A stretch of DNA of 64,000 bases from Ophelia neglecta (Eukaryota): NCBI GenBank assembly GCA_965285935.1, contig OZ260663.1, positions 35,030,001 through 35,094,000 of the forward strand, written 5' to 3'. The notes beneath the pieces are model-generated. The model saw nothing but the letters and a program-made list of their open reading frames with translations. It did not search any database and was not told the DNA's origin. Position numbers and translations under genes: made by a program. Position 1 is the first letter of the stretch, and each line of letters starts with the position of its first letter. Shown here in pieces: positions 40,450 through 52,142 of this stretch.

Positions 40450-43400
40450 ATCGGAAAGGACTGTTTTATGCGAAGATTGTAATAATTAAATGAATAAACA
40501 CTGTGTCATAGAAATGTGTGTACTGGTCAGTGCAGTGCTGGCAGTTTTGTACCCCAATCATATATCGAAGCATGTCTTAAATATCATCAATAACAAATTG
40601 TAGCCTAATAGAGTTCCTATAAGAATCTTTGCAATGCGTGACATATGTCATCATGTTTTCAAAAAGATTTATCCTGGTTTACACTCCCAATCAAACAATA
40701 TCCGGTCGAAACCTTGTTTTGCAAGCTCAAGAACTCGGTTTGCTATGTATCTGTAACTTTGTTATATATATAAGTAAAGCTGGCTCCGAAATTATATAAA
40801 CAACAATGTTTGCTTTTCTTGCACTTGTACAGAAAATGTCACATTTATGATATGGTTTTTTTGCAGGTGTAATTAAACCGGGGTTTAAAAAAGTCCAACT
40901 TCGGAGGGAACATACAAGAAAAGACGAACAAAACACACGTCAGTGATTAACGGCTGCCTTGACCTAACTGAAAAGAAATCCAATATAATTCTCTTTCGGG
41001 TCGGCCATCTACTTAACAAGTAATTTATACCATGTTTATTTTATATCATAAAAACCCGGATAGTCAAATGAAAAGGGTAGGATGCTGACTTGACATGATA
41101 CGCTGAAAGCCTAATTAGAATGTTTTAATTAATGTGACCAGACGTGGAATGGCAGGGTAGCATGCTAACAATGTACAATTTAGTTAATGTTCATATGTGG
41201 AAAAGATCAGACACTAATAATTTGAAAGATTCATAGTCGGATGTCGAAGTGACAGTGAAGAAACCGTGCTCAATTGCAGTAAATGTATATCAGAGTCAGC
41301 ATCCCTCATCCGAAAGCAACTGTTAAGGTGGCCATCACGAAGATCCAGTTGATGCGAGCTAATATCATGTAAGCAACAATAACCCAAAATTATCGTGTAC
41401 AACAATTCATATATTAACAATAAAGCCCAACAATTAAAGGGCTTATTCAAATAATGCTGCACACATGTATTGGATATACCATGAAGTAATGTTTTTTTGT
41501 ATTTGTTGCAAATTAATATGAGTTTAAATAGAACATAGAAACTTTTACCTGTATACAGCGTGTGATTTTACCATCGGGTGTTTTTACAAACGATAAAATG
41601 AAAATTTGGTTTAAAATCAGAATTAAATATGTACACACTTTTTCGATAGCAGCTATATAAGGTGCTTATCAATCAAACGACAAATGAATGAAAATAAACT
41701 ATATACGTGGCAATTTGTGATTTTATAATTGCTGTCTAATGCTGTTCATTTCCCTCCTTCGATAAATAGACTGCTGTCGCACTGATACATGATTTATCAT
41801 ATCATGATGAATAATCCAAGGACTCGCCGTTGCCGGAATTAAAGGATATAGTAAACAAGGTGTCGTCTTCGGATTCGGCATTTTATTGACGTGAGCTAGT
41901 CAAGAATTAATCTTTTAACTTGGTAAAGTTTTCAATACATTTGTGTGCGTTAAAAAACTCTGCAAATACACCAAATACACATGATTTACAAGTGGTTACT
42001 GTACGGGGTTTCAGTAGGAAAAATATGTTGAAGTCGTAAAGGCTGTTTTTATGTGTTTTACCCGAAAGCAATTTTGTAACACTGGCACACGATACTATTA
42101 TAAACATGAATGTAGTGTGTATGTACCTTATCTGTATATAGGACTGGTGCGTCTTATTATTATTCATGTAGAATACGGACGTTTCTCGATGCACAATTTA
42201 TCTGTCAGTCAAGTCCAATTTCGAAGTAATCACTCTGTCATATATCATATACTCTAGCCTATTGTTGTATGCCTTCATATGCAGTGTTGCCACGACGAAA
42301 GAAGAAGCTATGAACCTGATGAATCATAATGGTTTCTTTAAGAAAAATAGAAGTTTGGAACCCAATGTATAGTACATAAGAAGTTGTGACACCTAATGAA
42401 TGGTAAAAATGAAGTTGTGAAACCTTTTAAGAATTTTAATGAGTGAGTGGTTCCCTGTTATAGCACCTTCGAAACATATTATGTTACAATGACACACTCT
42501 CTGGTGCCATCTTGAGCAGGTACGCTATGGTTTTGATATCAAAACAATGGGTTTGCTGCACCCGTCAACTCTACAAGTTTTTAACCAACTGAATATTTCC
42601 ATCCAGTTGGTCTCTTTTTCGCGCCCTTTACTATAGCACTTAAGCAACCAGAAAAACAAGCAACATATTGCCAAAATGTTAATAGTTGGAATAGTTGGAG
42701 GTCAAGTAATTCATGCAACCTACGTCCGCACTGACGCTTTGCAGAGAAATTGTCTGGAGGGCCAGCACTTAAGGAAACATGGTTTATTAGTCTTGCCTTT
42801 GAAGATTCAACATTGGCATTCTATTCGAATTCGTACTAGTCACTTTATTTAGCTATCCGAATATCCTATGGATACCAGCATTAGCTCCAGAATTGAGCGC
42901 TATGTTTGCAGCAAAGTGTCATTTCTTTCAAAATGGCTCACCACGTATTTCTACCGCTCTAAATTTAGTTTTCGTATTTACGCAGCGAACTCTCATTCCA
43001 ATGAAAATAGTATTGAAGCTAAATTATGCACTGGAATAAGGGATATTGTTCACCATATTCTTTATTTCTTCAATCGTATTATTTGCAAGGAGTTTTGTAA
43101 GAGTATATTCGTTGTGTAAACACTTACCTTCTTGATTTGTGTTGGCTTGTTGGATTTCAAGTGTGGGACTTCTCGCATTACTTATAAGGGTAATAGTAAT
43201 CACTTTAAAACATTTAACATGCCATGCAATATCTCAGATGTCTAACAAAGGTTATTTGGTCCGAGGCTTCCGGTAATAGCAGGAACGTTGAACAGCATTG
43301 ACATGCTGGGAATATTTAAAACCTGGACGAAGGTGTTTACTGATGTTAGCACCTTGATAGTGTAGAGCAAACACATCATTGGCCATATTTCTGTTCAATG

Positions 43401-44701
43401 TTTAGTTTTGGATCCATCCGTTACACGCTTTGGTAAGCCCAAGACGACGGCACGCCTGTTCAGTGAATGATAAATGGTTTACTTAGCCAGACATGGTTAC
43501 AAACGTGTTTATTGAATACCTGAATAAAGTTCGGTACATCATTATGAAGCTGAAATGGTTTAGGCCTAACTTTATTAGTCAAATTTTGACCATTGCTGTA
43601 GAAATCTTTGCACCATACTCCAATCACTACAGTGTGTGCGAACCACTGAATTATTACATTCTACCAACATCGACCCTTTTATATCATTGAAAAACCATAA
43701 ATTTAAGTAAGTGTACATGTATTTAAAGCGGACATGTTTCGACAGGTTAATGGTGATTTTTATATTAGTATAGCCTACATCAACTAGATACCCAGGGTTG
43801 CTTCTGTCATGAGAAAGGCAGAAGTTTAGGTGAGGATCCCCGGGTTAGGACTCCCTTTCCCTATTTTAATACTTTCTGTTTACCCAGGCGCGCCTAGTAA
43901 GCTTTGCGAGAAACTAGCTATGCTTACTCCTTTGTACTGTGTTCATTTCAACTGCACAAGATGCTTATTATCACTATATGTTCGGCTAATCATTGTTATG
44001 TAGATAGTAGAAACCCTCGTTTGGAATATGACTGAAGTTCCTAAACATATAAAGGGCACCCCTTGAATGCGTGATAACGTTTTTTCTACACGTGTGTTAA
44101 AACAACAAACCGAACTGACACAAATAAGTAGAGTAAAACTAAACTTTAAAGTGTTTTCAAGTTTCCTTGAGCCAGACTGTTGTTAGGCCAATCATAATGA
44201 CCCATACATAAATCCAGACATTTTGTTAATATGTGATTTCTTTTTATTACAATAGTGGACACTGCTTTCATGAATTCGTTTTTACTCTTTTTAGGAAAAT
44301 GCATTTTATTACAACCAGAAAGAAACAAATAATGTAATTGTAAAATGAACCTGGTTAGGGATAACATAACATAGTGGGAACAAACAACCTGTGACAATTG
44401 AACAATATAATTGAAACAAGGGTAAATATTTAATAAAAGGTTTTTCTATTCCTTCGTTCATTTTCGTTTTTACATGGCAATTTCTATTTTTTTTGATTAT
44501 GGATTTTGTCGAATATTCAATCCCACTGTCATAATGTATTGTTAACGATTAGCAAAGTAATTATATGTTCATGATAAATTTATTATTTATACGAAAATTA
44601 TGAAAAAATAATTGTATTGGAAAGTTCACAGAAACATAATATTATTTCTCCTCAATATCTTAGTTCCATATTATGAGTAGCACATGGGACTTAAACAGAT
44701 C

Positions 44702-44751
44702 AGGCCCCCTGACGCATTTTCTTGAGTAGGTCCCCTGCCGTATTTTCTTGA
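44702..44751. repeat. Imperfect 26-bp-period tandem repeat
   Basis: AGGCCCCCTGACGCATTTTCTTGA / AGGTCCCCTGCCGTATTTTCTTGA. Confidence 0.75.
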
Positions 44752-45056
44752 TAAACAAGAATATTTTTAATCAAGCAGCTGCTGTGGGATTCAGACTATG
44801 GTGAAGAATGAATGATATAACGTATCGTTGATACACTCAGCGCAGATCTAAAATAGTTTGCCGTTATAGTTTAAACTTTCAAACTGAATAGTATCTGTAA
44901 AAAAATCAGGGAAATTAAGCTTGCAAACTATCTACTGCATTATGGAAAATTACCCGCTCAATCACCATTGGTGGAATATATTACTGAATAATTGTATTTA
45001 ATTTGGTGACGTGATGAGATTGTGAACAATCACCTTTACGAGAACAGGTCTAAATT

Positions 45057-45300
45057 AATGGAAACTAAATTGTCAAACGAAGAGTGAAACTATTCCATTG
45101 GAAAAGGGGAGCGATTTTATTGACCCGGAATAGACGTTGTCAAGGAAAGTAATTCCAATTAGTATTCATTCATGCGTTGTTTGCTACAGCCACGTTTTCT
45201 TTAAGCTTTGTCCCTGGTAGCATTAGATAACCACCGACCTTTTTTATTCTACTTTATAAGAAAAGTGCCTCGCAACAAAGACAAGCCACAATCTTCTATC
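45057..45300. promoter_or_regulatory. Paralogous conserved non-coding block E (pair with 31985-32225)
   Basis: Same-orientation colinear match to block D, with a 31/33 identical core. Confidence 0.5.
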
Positions 45301-46105
45301 ATAACAAGCAGCCGCCGTAACATAGTGGCCGACTATAAATCACGAATCCTGCCTTCGGAGCCTTTTCACAAACACTTTAATTGATCCGATGACTCGTACT
45401 TATGAAAGTGGCTAATTCTTGGTTCTATGAATAAAACGGCGATATTTTATTAACCTAAAAAGCATGTACTAATAGTAGGAATTGATTTATTTAGGGCGAT
45501 TTAGGTAACATATTCTCACAAGTGCTTATAGATCTACCAAGAGTATGTAATGTAGAATTAATTCGTGTGCAACGGTTTGGTGAAGTGTCCTGGAACTTTG
45601 TACATTAGCGTCGCGTTCCCATTGTCTGGACCATAAGTAGATTACCATTTGTAATACAAATATGATACATGGCAGCCGAGTTCACACTGTCTGATCCAAG
45701 AGGTAGACTGCAACATGTATTAGCAGATAGGATCCTAAGGCTCAGGTGGAAGCAAAAATCTCATTTTAAGTATTGATTATTTTGAACTTGTAGTCGTTTT
45801 CGGCCATTGAACGCAGTCCGTCTTTTCCCTTGCTAATTGATTAGTATTGAGTGCGTAGGAGAAAGTTTGAGCCAGTCTGTCTACACGGTCGTTTGTACGT
45901 CAACGTTGAAATATCAAGGTTCTTCGGAAATTATCTAAATGTCTTTTGATCAAAATATGTGTAGTGAATAGATGACAAGCCAGTTATAGTCTCACAATGA
46001 ACCATCAGCTGTGGCCTCCGTATTGCATGCCAGTGTAACGGGGATATATGAGCAGATCATTGTGACTCAACCATGATACACCACACTCCTACTAGCTTGG
46101 CTAGA

Positions 46106-46185
46106 GGGGTTACCCCTTTGGCAAACTTGGTAGAGCTGTTGGTTGGAGAGTGAGAGGTTGCCGGTTCAAACCCCGCTGAGTCCCC
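46106..46185 (+). mobile_element. tRNA-derived SINE head or tRNA pseudogene
   Basis: A-box-like TGGCAAACTTGG (46119-46130) followed by TAGAGC, and B-box GGTTCAAACCC (46163-46173) at tRNA-like spacing. The stems do not form a proper cloverleaf. Confidence 0.55.
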
Positions 46186-49100
46186 TGGTTGTTACACCAG
46201 TATTAGGAGTACTGATTTTAAAAATGTTGGTCGGAGAAAAGTTTGTATAGCACCTTCTGAGCAAAGATTTAAGATTTAACTCATTCATCACAATGGTAAG
46301 TGGACATTTGGAACGCTATACACTGGATGTTAGCTTTAAAAACTAGAAATATCTCTTCCTGTGACGGCCAGGGAAAGCAAGCGAGCAGAGTCTTTTGTGG
46401 ATTTATTCAAGATATTCGCCGAACTCCGTGCACTGGCCATGGCCACTCAGTAAAGAGGGTTCTTCACTATTTGACAAATAAAGAGATGATTACTCACCCT
46501 ATTTCGGGAAATACATAAATGGATCCACAATGGTCTCCCTGGAAATCAGATGGAGCACTCCAGGTAACAATTCAGTTGTGATCAGTGTTGTTGACTCCAT
46601 TACTATCAGCAATAAACGCTTTATCATTGACGTATACCTAGCCTTCAATACGATGAGCAACCGCTATATTAATGCCGTACAGTAATTCGAAGACACATTT
46701 ACTGGATAGATGTTCCAATGAAATACCAGCTGCAGTGGGACCAATCCGGTCGTTGGGTTTATCCTATAGTGTTTTACATTAATCAAAGATATGACGAATA
46801 ATGGTCCAGCGGCAAATGAAAATAACTGTGTTCATATGGCTAAAGTCAGTGTTAACGATAAAACTGACACGCAGTGGATATAACACCAACGACAACTGCT
46901 CTGACACCACCCTGCTTATATTTTATCGACTCGACATATCAATCCACAAAGGAGCGATTTACCAGTTACTTAATTGATTCTTTCCTAACGCATACTCGTG
47001 CACATCATTGTCGGTGTTTAGTGACAAAATCATAGAATTTTTCCGCAGTTTAGTATAGTTTAAAGTCAAATATATATTTATGACACATATAATGTGCAAG
47101 GGCGTATGTAAGCCGATCATCCAGCACTGAGCTAAATCCTACAGTCAAATATTTCGGGGAATCAGATTTTGAAACGGTTGCATTTGTCAGGTCATGCCTT
47201 GGGTCCGTTTCCTTCCATGTCTTTAAAACCTAGAACATTCGATGGATGGCTCGTCGGAGATGGACAGGATTAAGTTGTCTCAAAGTATATTTCTAAAGAT
47301 ACAAGTTTTGGGCCGGGTGTTACATTTGTCTTTAGGCAACCAAAATATAAGGTGAATCATAAAACTAAATACCTGCTTCAACGTTACCTGTTTATAACAC
47401 CTGAGTGTGATGTATGTTTTATGGTAGGTTTACTTTAAACAATGAAAGTGTGAATAAGTATCACCAACTCTGAGACAGCGCGTTGCATCGATAGATAAAT
47501 AACTCGAACAATATGTTCTTCTTTTGACGGTACTTTATTTCATATTCTGGAAACAGACAACTTTATTTCTAGTGATTCATTATACGAAAAACAGGGGCCT
47601 ATTCAACTGAAAGGAAAGTGCTGACAGGGCACAATGTGTTTTTGAACGCAATAGTTTTTAGTTTAAGAATTGATATTATATTATATGATAGGAATCATAT
47701 GCCATAACTGAGGCAAAGTAGGTTCGGTGTGGGCTCACCTTAGTTATGAGTGTAATAGTGTGAGTCGTTTGGGTTTCGTGGTAGTTGGTACACCGGCGTT
47801 CACAAATATAAACTGAAGCAACTATGCCATCGTAATATGCACATTGCAGCTTCCTCCTACACAATTCTAAATGTGTCTAGCTCAGTTCACGTTTGTGCTA
47901 ATCGGCCTGTTCCGTGTCATGCTCTTTCGGGAAAGGCATCTGGCGCTTGATAAATCGTTGAAAGTCATGCCAAAGACCCATTTCGGATCTTTCTTGAGAT
48001 AAGTGGTCATTTTCTTTAACCGGCTGCCAGTTATACATTTCAACCAGTGAGAAATTGTGCACGGAAGTCGTAAGAAGCCATGCATCATGGGAAATGGCGT
48101 AACTCAAATTACCCATCAATTTATCGCCAGCACCTTCCTGTTGTAAGGCGCAAATCTGCCACTGTTACTCGTGCACCAGACGTCAGCCGCTGTATCACAG
48201 TGCCTCTGGAACATAAACATTTCACAATCCTTAATGAAAGCCAATACAAATCGATTCAAAATTGTCATTTATAGAATATATATATATATATATGTATACC
48301 ACTTCCGTAGGTCCTATATCGTGTTGGTTCAAGGTGATTTTACAATAAAACTATTATTTAATTACAGTGTGAAACATGCTTATTAGATAGGATAATACAT
48401 CAGACGACCGCAGGCGACTGGGACACCAATCAATTGGTAATGGGGTAGAGTGATTAACCATTCGACAAAAGTGTACTATGCATAAGCTAAGAACAATAAC
48501 GACATTGAATTAACCTATTCCTTTATACTTAAATTCCTATTTTCAGCTAAGTCCTAATATATGCTGATTTCAATAAATTGTGATGTCGGCTTACCATTGT
48601 AGTAGTGCGGACATTTGCGGGCATTGTATTGAAGTGTATGTGAATGCCCATTTACCTTAACTCTAACCCGTTCTCACCTGAACCGTGCTCCACGCCCTCG
48701 TGGCAGTGTCGTTTGTGAAACCGGTACAAACTGGTTTAGTGCTGGTCTCACGAGACAATGCTTTTTGGCTGGGGCGGGTTTCCCTACAGTGGGGCTATAT
48801 ACCCGCACCAGCTAGTTTGCAGCACCCGTTCAGGGCTTCGAAGCTGTTCTGTAAATTGAAGTTGCTCGTAATTCACTTGCTGTGCCACGGGTAACCCGTG
48901 GAAAGGCTTCAGCATGGGAGCGATATAAGGGGTATATCATGGTGTTTTGGTACAGACGGTGCAAAATCCGAGACGTTTTCGATGTTTTAGTAATCTGAAT
49001 CGCCAAAAAGACATGATAAACTAAGCCGTGAAATATGAATTTCAAATTGTTACACAATGCAACTGGGGTTTAATGTTGCACATGTATCGAACTTATTGAT

Positions 49101-49886
49101 TCAGGATTTATAACAGAGATGTATATAAAACAATCTAAATAATACATACAAATAAATGGCGCGTGGCATATTTAAATAATGTTAGTGTCCGTCCACCTGT
49201 TATAATGAAAAAATGTATACAAATAAAAATGTATTTGTACCTTTGCAAACCTGTAAGCTTTGAATTATGTGTTGTACAAAAGTCTTGCAATTGACTTTTA
49301 AAATTTCTTTTTGAGGCCAAAAGACAAATTTACTTACAGAAGGTTTCTATCACACATCCTAAAAACCATATTACACCTGTAGCGTCACAACATCCTGAAC
49401 CATATCAGTTTGTATGTTTTATTTTTGTTTGTACGAGTCTTTGTAGACAAACGAACGCTGCAATGTATCTTGCATGTATACATATTGCTTGGAACGATAT
49501 CATCTAACTGCAGTAAGCACTGCTGACAAAAGGCGCCACACCAACTTCCTGTTTATGTCGTAATTGTGTAGATTGAGTTAATGCCGTTCGAGGTTGTTTA
49601 GCAAATAGGCTACATTAAACAGTTCTCTTTGTGTTGGACACGAAACAGAACGGTTGATCACGCCAATCTCTGAAAGCCACTCTTGTTGGCATCTCTAGGT
49701 AAATTTATAGAAACGCTCTGTTAATAGTATTCACTGTAGGTCCCCACAACTGACTGCATATATATTCTGCGGTGCATAACTACAAATACGACCAAAAAGT
49801 CATGTCCTTGTTAGCGGGGGAGGGTTAATTACTGGAAGATTGGAACTATTTTGGTGACGACAGCAGTAGATCCGGTTGCACGAATG

Positions 49887-49962
49887 TAGTGATGCCAGTG
49901 GATTCGTTAACCGTCACATGTAAAAAAAGTAACGAATCTACTGATATTGCCTTGCGTCACTA
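49887..49962. repeat. Imperfect inverted repeat, probable DNA-transposon relic
   Basis: CAGTGGATTCGTTA / TAACGAATCTACTG (13/14) plus outer TAGTGATGC / GCGTCACTA. Confidence 0.45.
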
Positions 49963-50615
49963 GGCCTCACTGGCAAAAACTATGTAACGCAATATATTAA
50001 GTAACAGAATAAGCTCGTAAACATATAGATTTGTAGCACCAAATTTCCTCATAGCTATCGCGCTTCGGCACTTTGGATATACTAATCTACTGTTACGCGT
50101 TCAGTCTCTACTATATGAACATCGGAACTAGTGCCTACTTCTAATGACTTCCATGTGAAAATCTAGATGAAGTGGTTAATTAGTTTATCTTTAGTCACGA
50201 ATACCATTTTGGAAACAAATAACCTGTGTCATGTAGATGATGTTATATCAATTTTCCTTTAATTACGTTCCTACTGACCATATGGTTGATGTTTTAACTT
50301 TGTATCATTGCGCTGGCTTTCTCATAGCTTTTCCAACCTACCTTGACAATAGAAAAGACGTGTGCACACCGCTTAACCGTATACGATAGGTCAGATGCCT
50401 TCAACATTAACTATAGATTCAGATCCCTTGCAACAAACAGCAATAAACAGCTGCTATACACTGAGCCGACACGCGTAGGGCGAATTCTACGTATAATGGA
50501 GGTTGCCAACCTCTAGATCTCTTGCAGAGAGGGACGAAGGGACCTACTTTCAGAGTATTCTGAAAAAGGCCCAGATCTAAGAATATTACTGAGAGAGCAG
50601 AGCGTCATCTGTTTC

Positions 50616-50647
50616 ATATGATATAGGTTATATATGATATAGGTTAC
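50616..50647. repeat. 16-bp tandem duplication
   Basis: ATATGATATAGGTTA(T/C) x2. Confidence 0.9.
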
Positions 50648-50928
50648 ACCTACTTATTACAATAGTTATTTCAATGTTTAGAAAGTGTGTCTTTGATTAT
50701 CGCACAAGCTTGCCCTGTCAAAATATCATTCAATGGAATAATCTTAGGTCAAGTATCTGTTTACTCTCGCAGTATATTCACCGGCTAGAAACTCACAATT
50801 TTCTCATCTCAGTGCGAATTTATGAATTGGCAATGATAATACACACGGTATCATTAGGTTGTGTCAGGTAAACGTAAAGATCCAACAACCACGATCTTCA
50901 GTTTCAGAAGTTCAGCATTTGACCAAAT

Positions 50929-51159
50929 TTATAGGCTAGCAAGCTTCGGTTCCTCTCGAGCAGTCGGAAGGCCCCTTTTATTAACTGTTTCGTCCATTTT
51001 TCGCAGACATATTCCATTGATGCGACCTTCTTGTAAACCGATCCGCGTTTGTTGCAGCGTTTGTGTTCCAATCAATAAAGTGGGGAAGTATGAGTGATGC
51101 AGATATCTCTTGTCATGAAAAGCCAACCAATTGATGTTCGAAAAAAAATTACAAGCCAT
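50929..51159 (-). mobile_element. Possible CR1/L2 RT C-terminal relic
   Basis: INW....YLH....TLLIGT......RINGICL resembles I.NW....L.LN..KT..LLIG......ING..L. Confidence 0.35.
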
Positions 51160-51606
51160 TCTAATTTTCGCCCAATGAATTTAAAACTGAAAATAATATA
51201 AAGGTTGTTACCTCATGTTCATCTAAAATGTCTAATGCTCTAACAAGTTATAATTCCTTTCTATCAGACTGAATCCATGTACGAGAGAATCTGTATAACA
51301 GGTAACAAGGTAAGAATGGATGGAAGGGTGAAGGTCATGGAGTGAGAGAGCACTGTGTGAGGAGCGGGTGGAGATCTTTGTGGTTTTCTCATATTTATAG
51401 ATGGATAGTTGTGGCGAAAAGTACATCAAAAGTAAGATAAGAGTGTTGTGCCTCGGCAAGAATATTTTTCTACTTGTGAAGGAAAACTAAAAGGCGTATT
51501 AATTCAACTTATCCAAGAGTTCAGTGAGATGGAAACATGTCTGTGGGAAATATACAGGGGGGGGGGGGGGGGCACCTCCCATCCAAATCGGGCTAGGACT
51601 GCAAAC

Positions 51607-52125
51607 ATGGAAACAAGGCTTGACGAAATTCTGAATAAACTCTGTGGTATGGACAAAAAGCTAGATAAACTCACATCTAGAATGGATCACCTCGAAACAT
51701 CTGTAGACAGAATGGACGTTTCTATTACGGACATGCAGAATAGTCTATCATTTAAAGAGGAAAGCCAATCACACATGAAGGAAGAGATAACAGAAATACA
51801 GGACACAATGGCAAGTGAAACTCATATCCTTGTCTTACAAAAGAAGATAGTTGACTTGAGCAACCGAAGCAGAAGGCATAACATTGTTTTGCATGGAATA
51901 AAGGAAGAAGTAAATGAAACAGGCAAGATTCTGAAGGAAAAGGTACAAAAAATATTGAAAGAGAAATTGGGATTAAAAGAGGAAAATGCCCTGATGGATG
52001 TTGTTCACAGGACCCCCTGTACTAAGCAACGTGGAAATAATAACCCAAGACTCATTCACGCTCGTATGATAGTACGAGACCAGCGGGATAACATACTGAA
52101 AATTGCCCCAAAGAAATTGATATAA
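51607..52125 (+). pseudogene. L1/Tx1 ORF1p (coiled coil + RRM), C-terminally truncated
   Basis: METRLDEILNKLCGMDKKLDKLTSRMDHLE heptads, then DLSNRSRRHNIVLHGIKE, DVVHR and PRLIHAR, resembling L1 ORF1p motifs. The start could lie further upstream (the frame is open from 51448). Confidence 0.85.
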
Positions 52126-52142
52126 GAAAAAGATATAAATGA

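Noticed and set aside
43128-43178. ATG...AAG|GTAAGT mini-exon (MREVPHLKSNKPTQIKK)
   Set aside because: Only a consensus donor supports it; several such sites are expected by chance in 64 kb.
46106-46185. Functional tRNA gene
   Set aside because: A and B boxes are present but the acceptor, anticodon and T stems do not pair.
5484-50871. The many 60-140 aa ORFs in the supplied track
   Set aside because: Overlapping on both strands, many with non-ATG starts, no recognisable domains apart from LINE relics; expected by chance.
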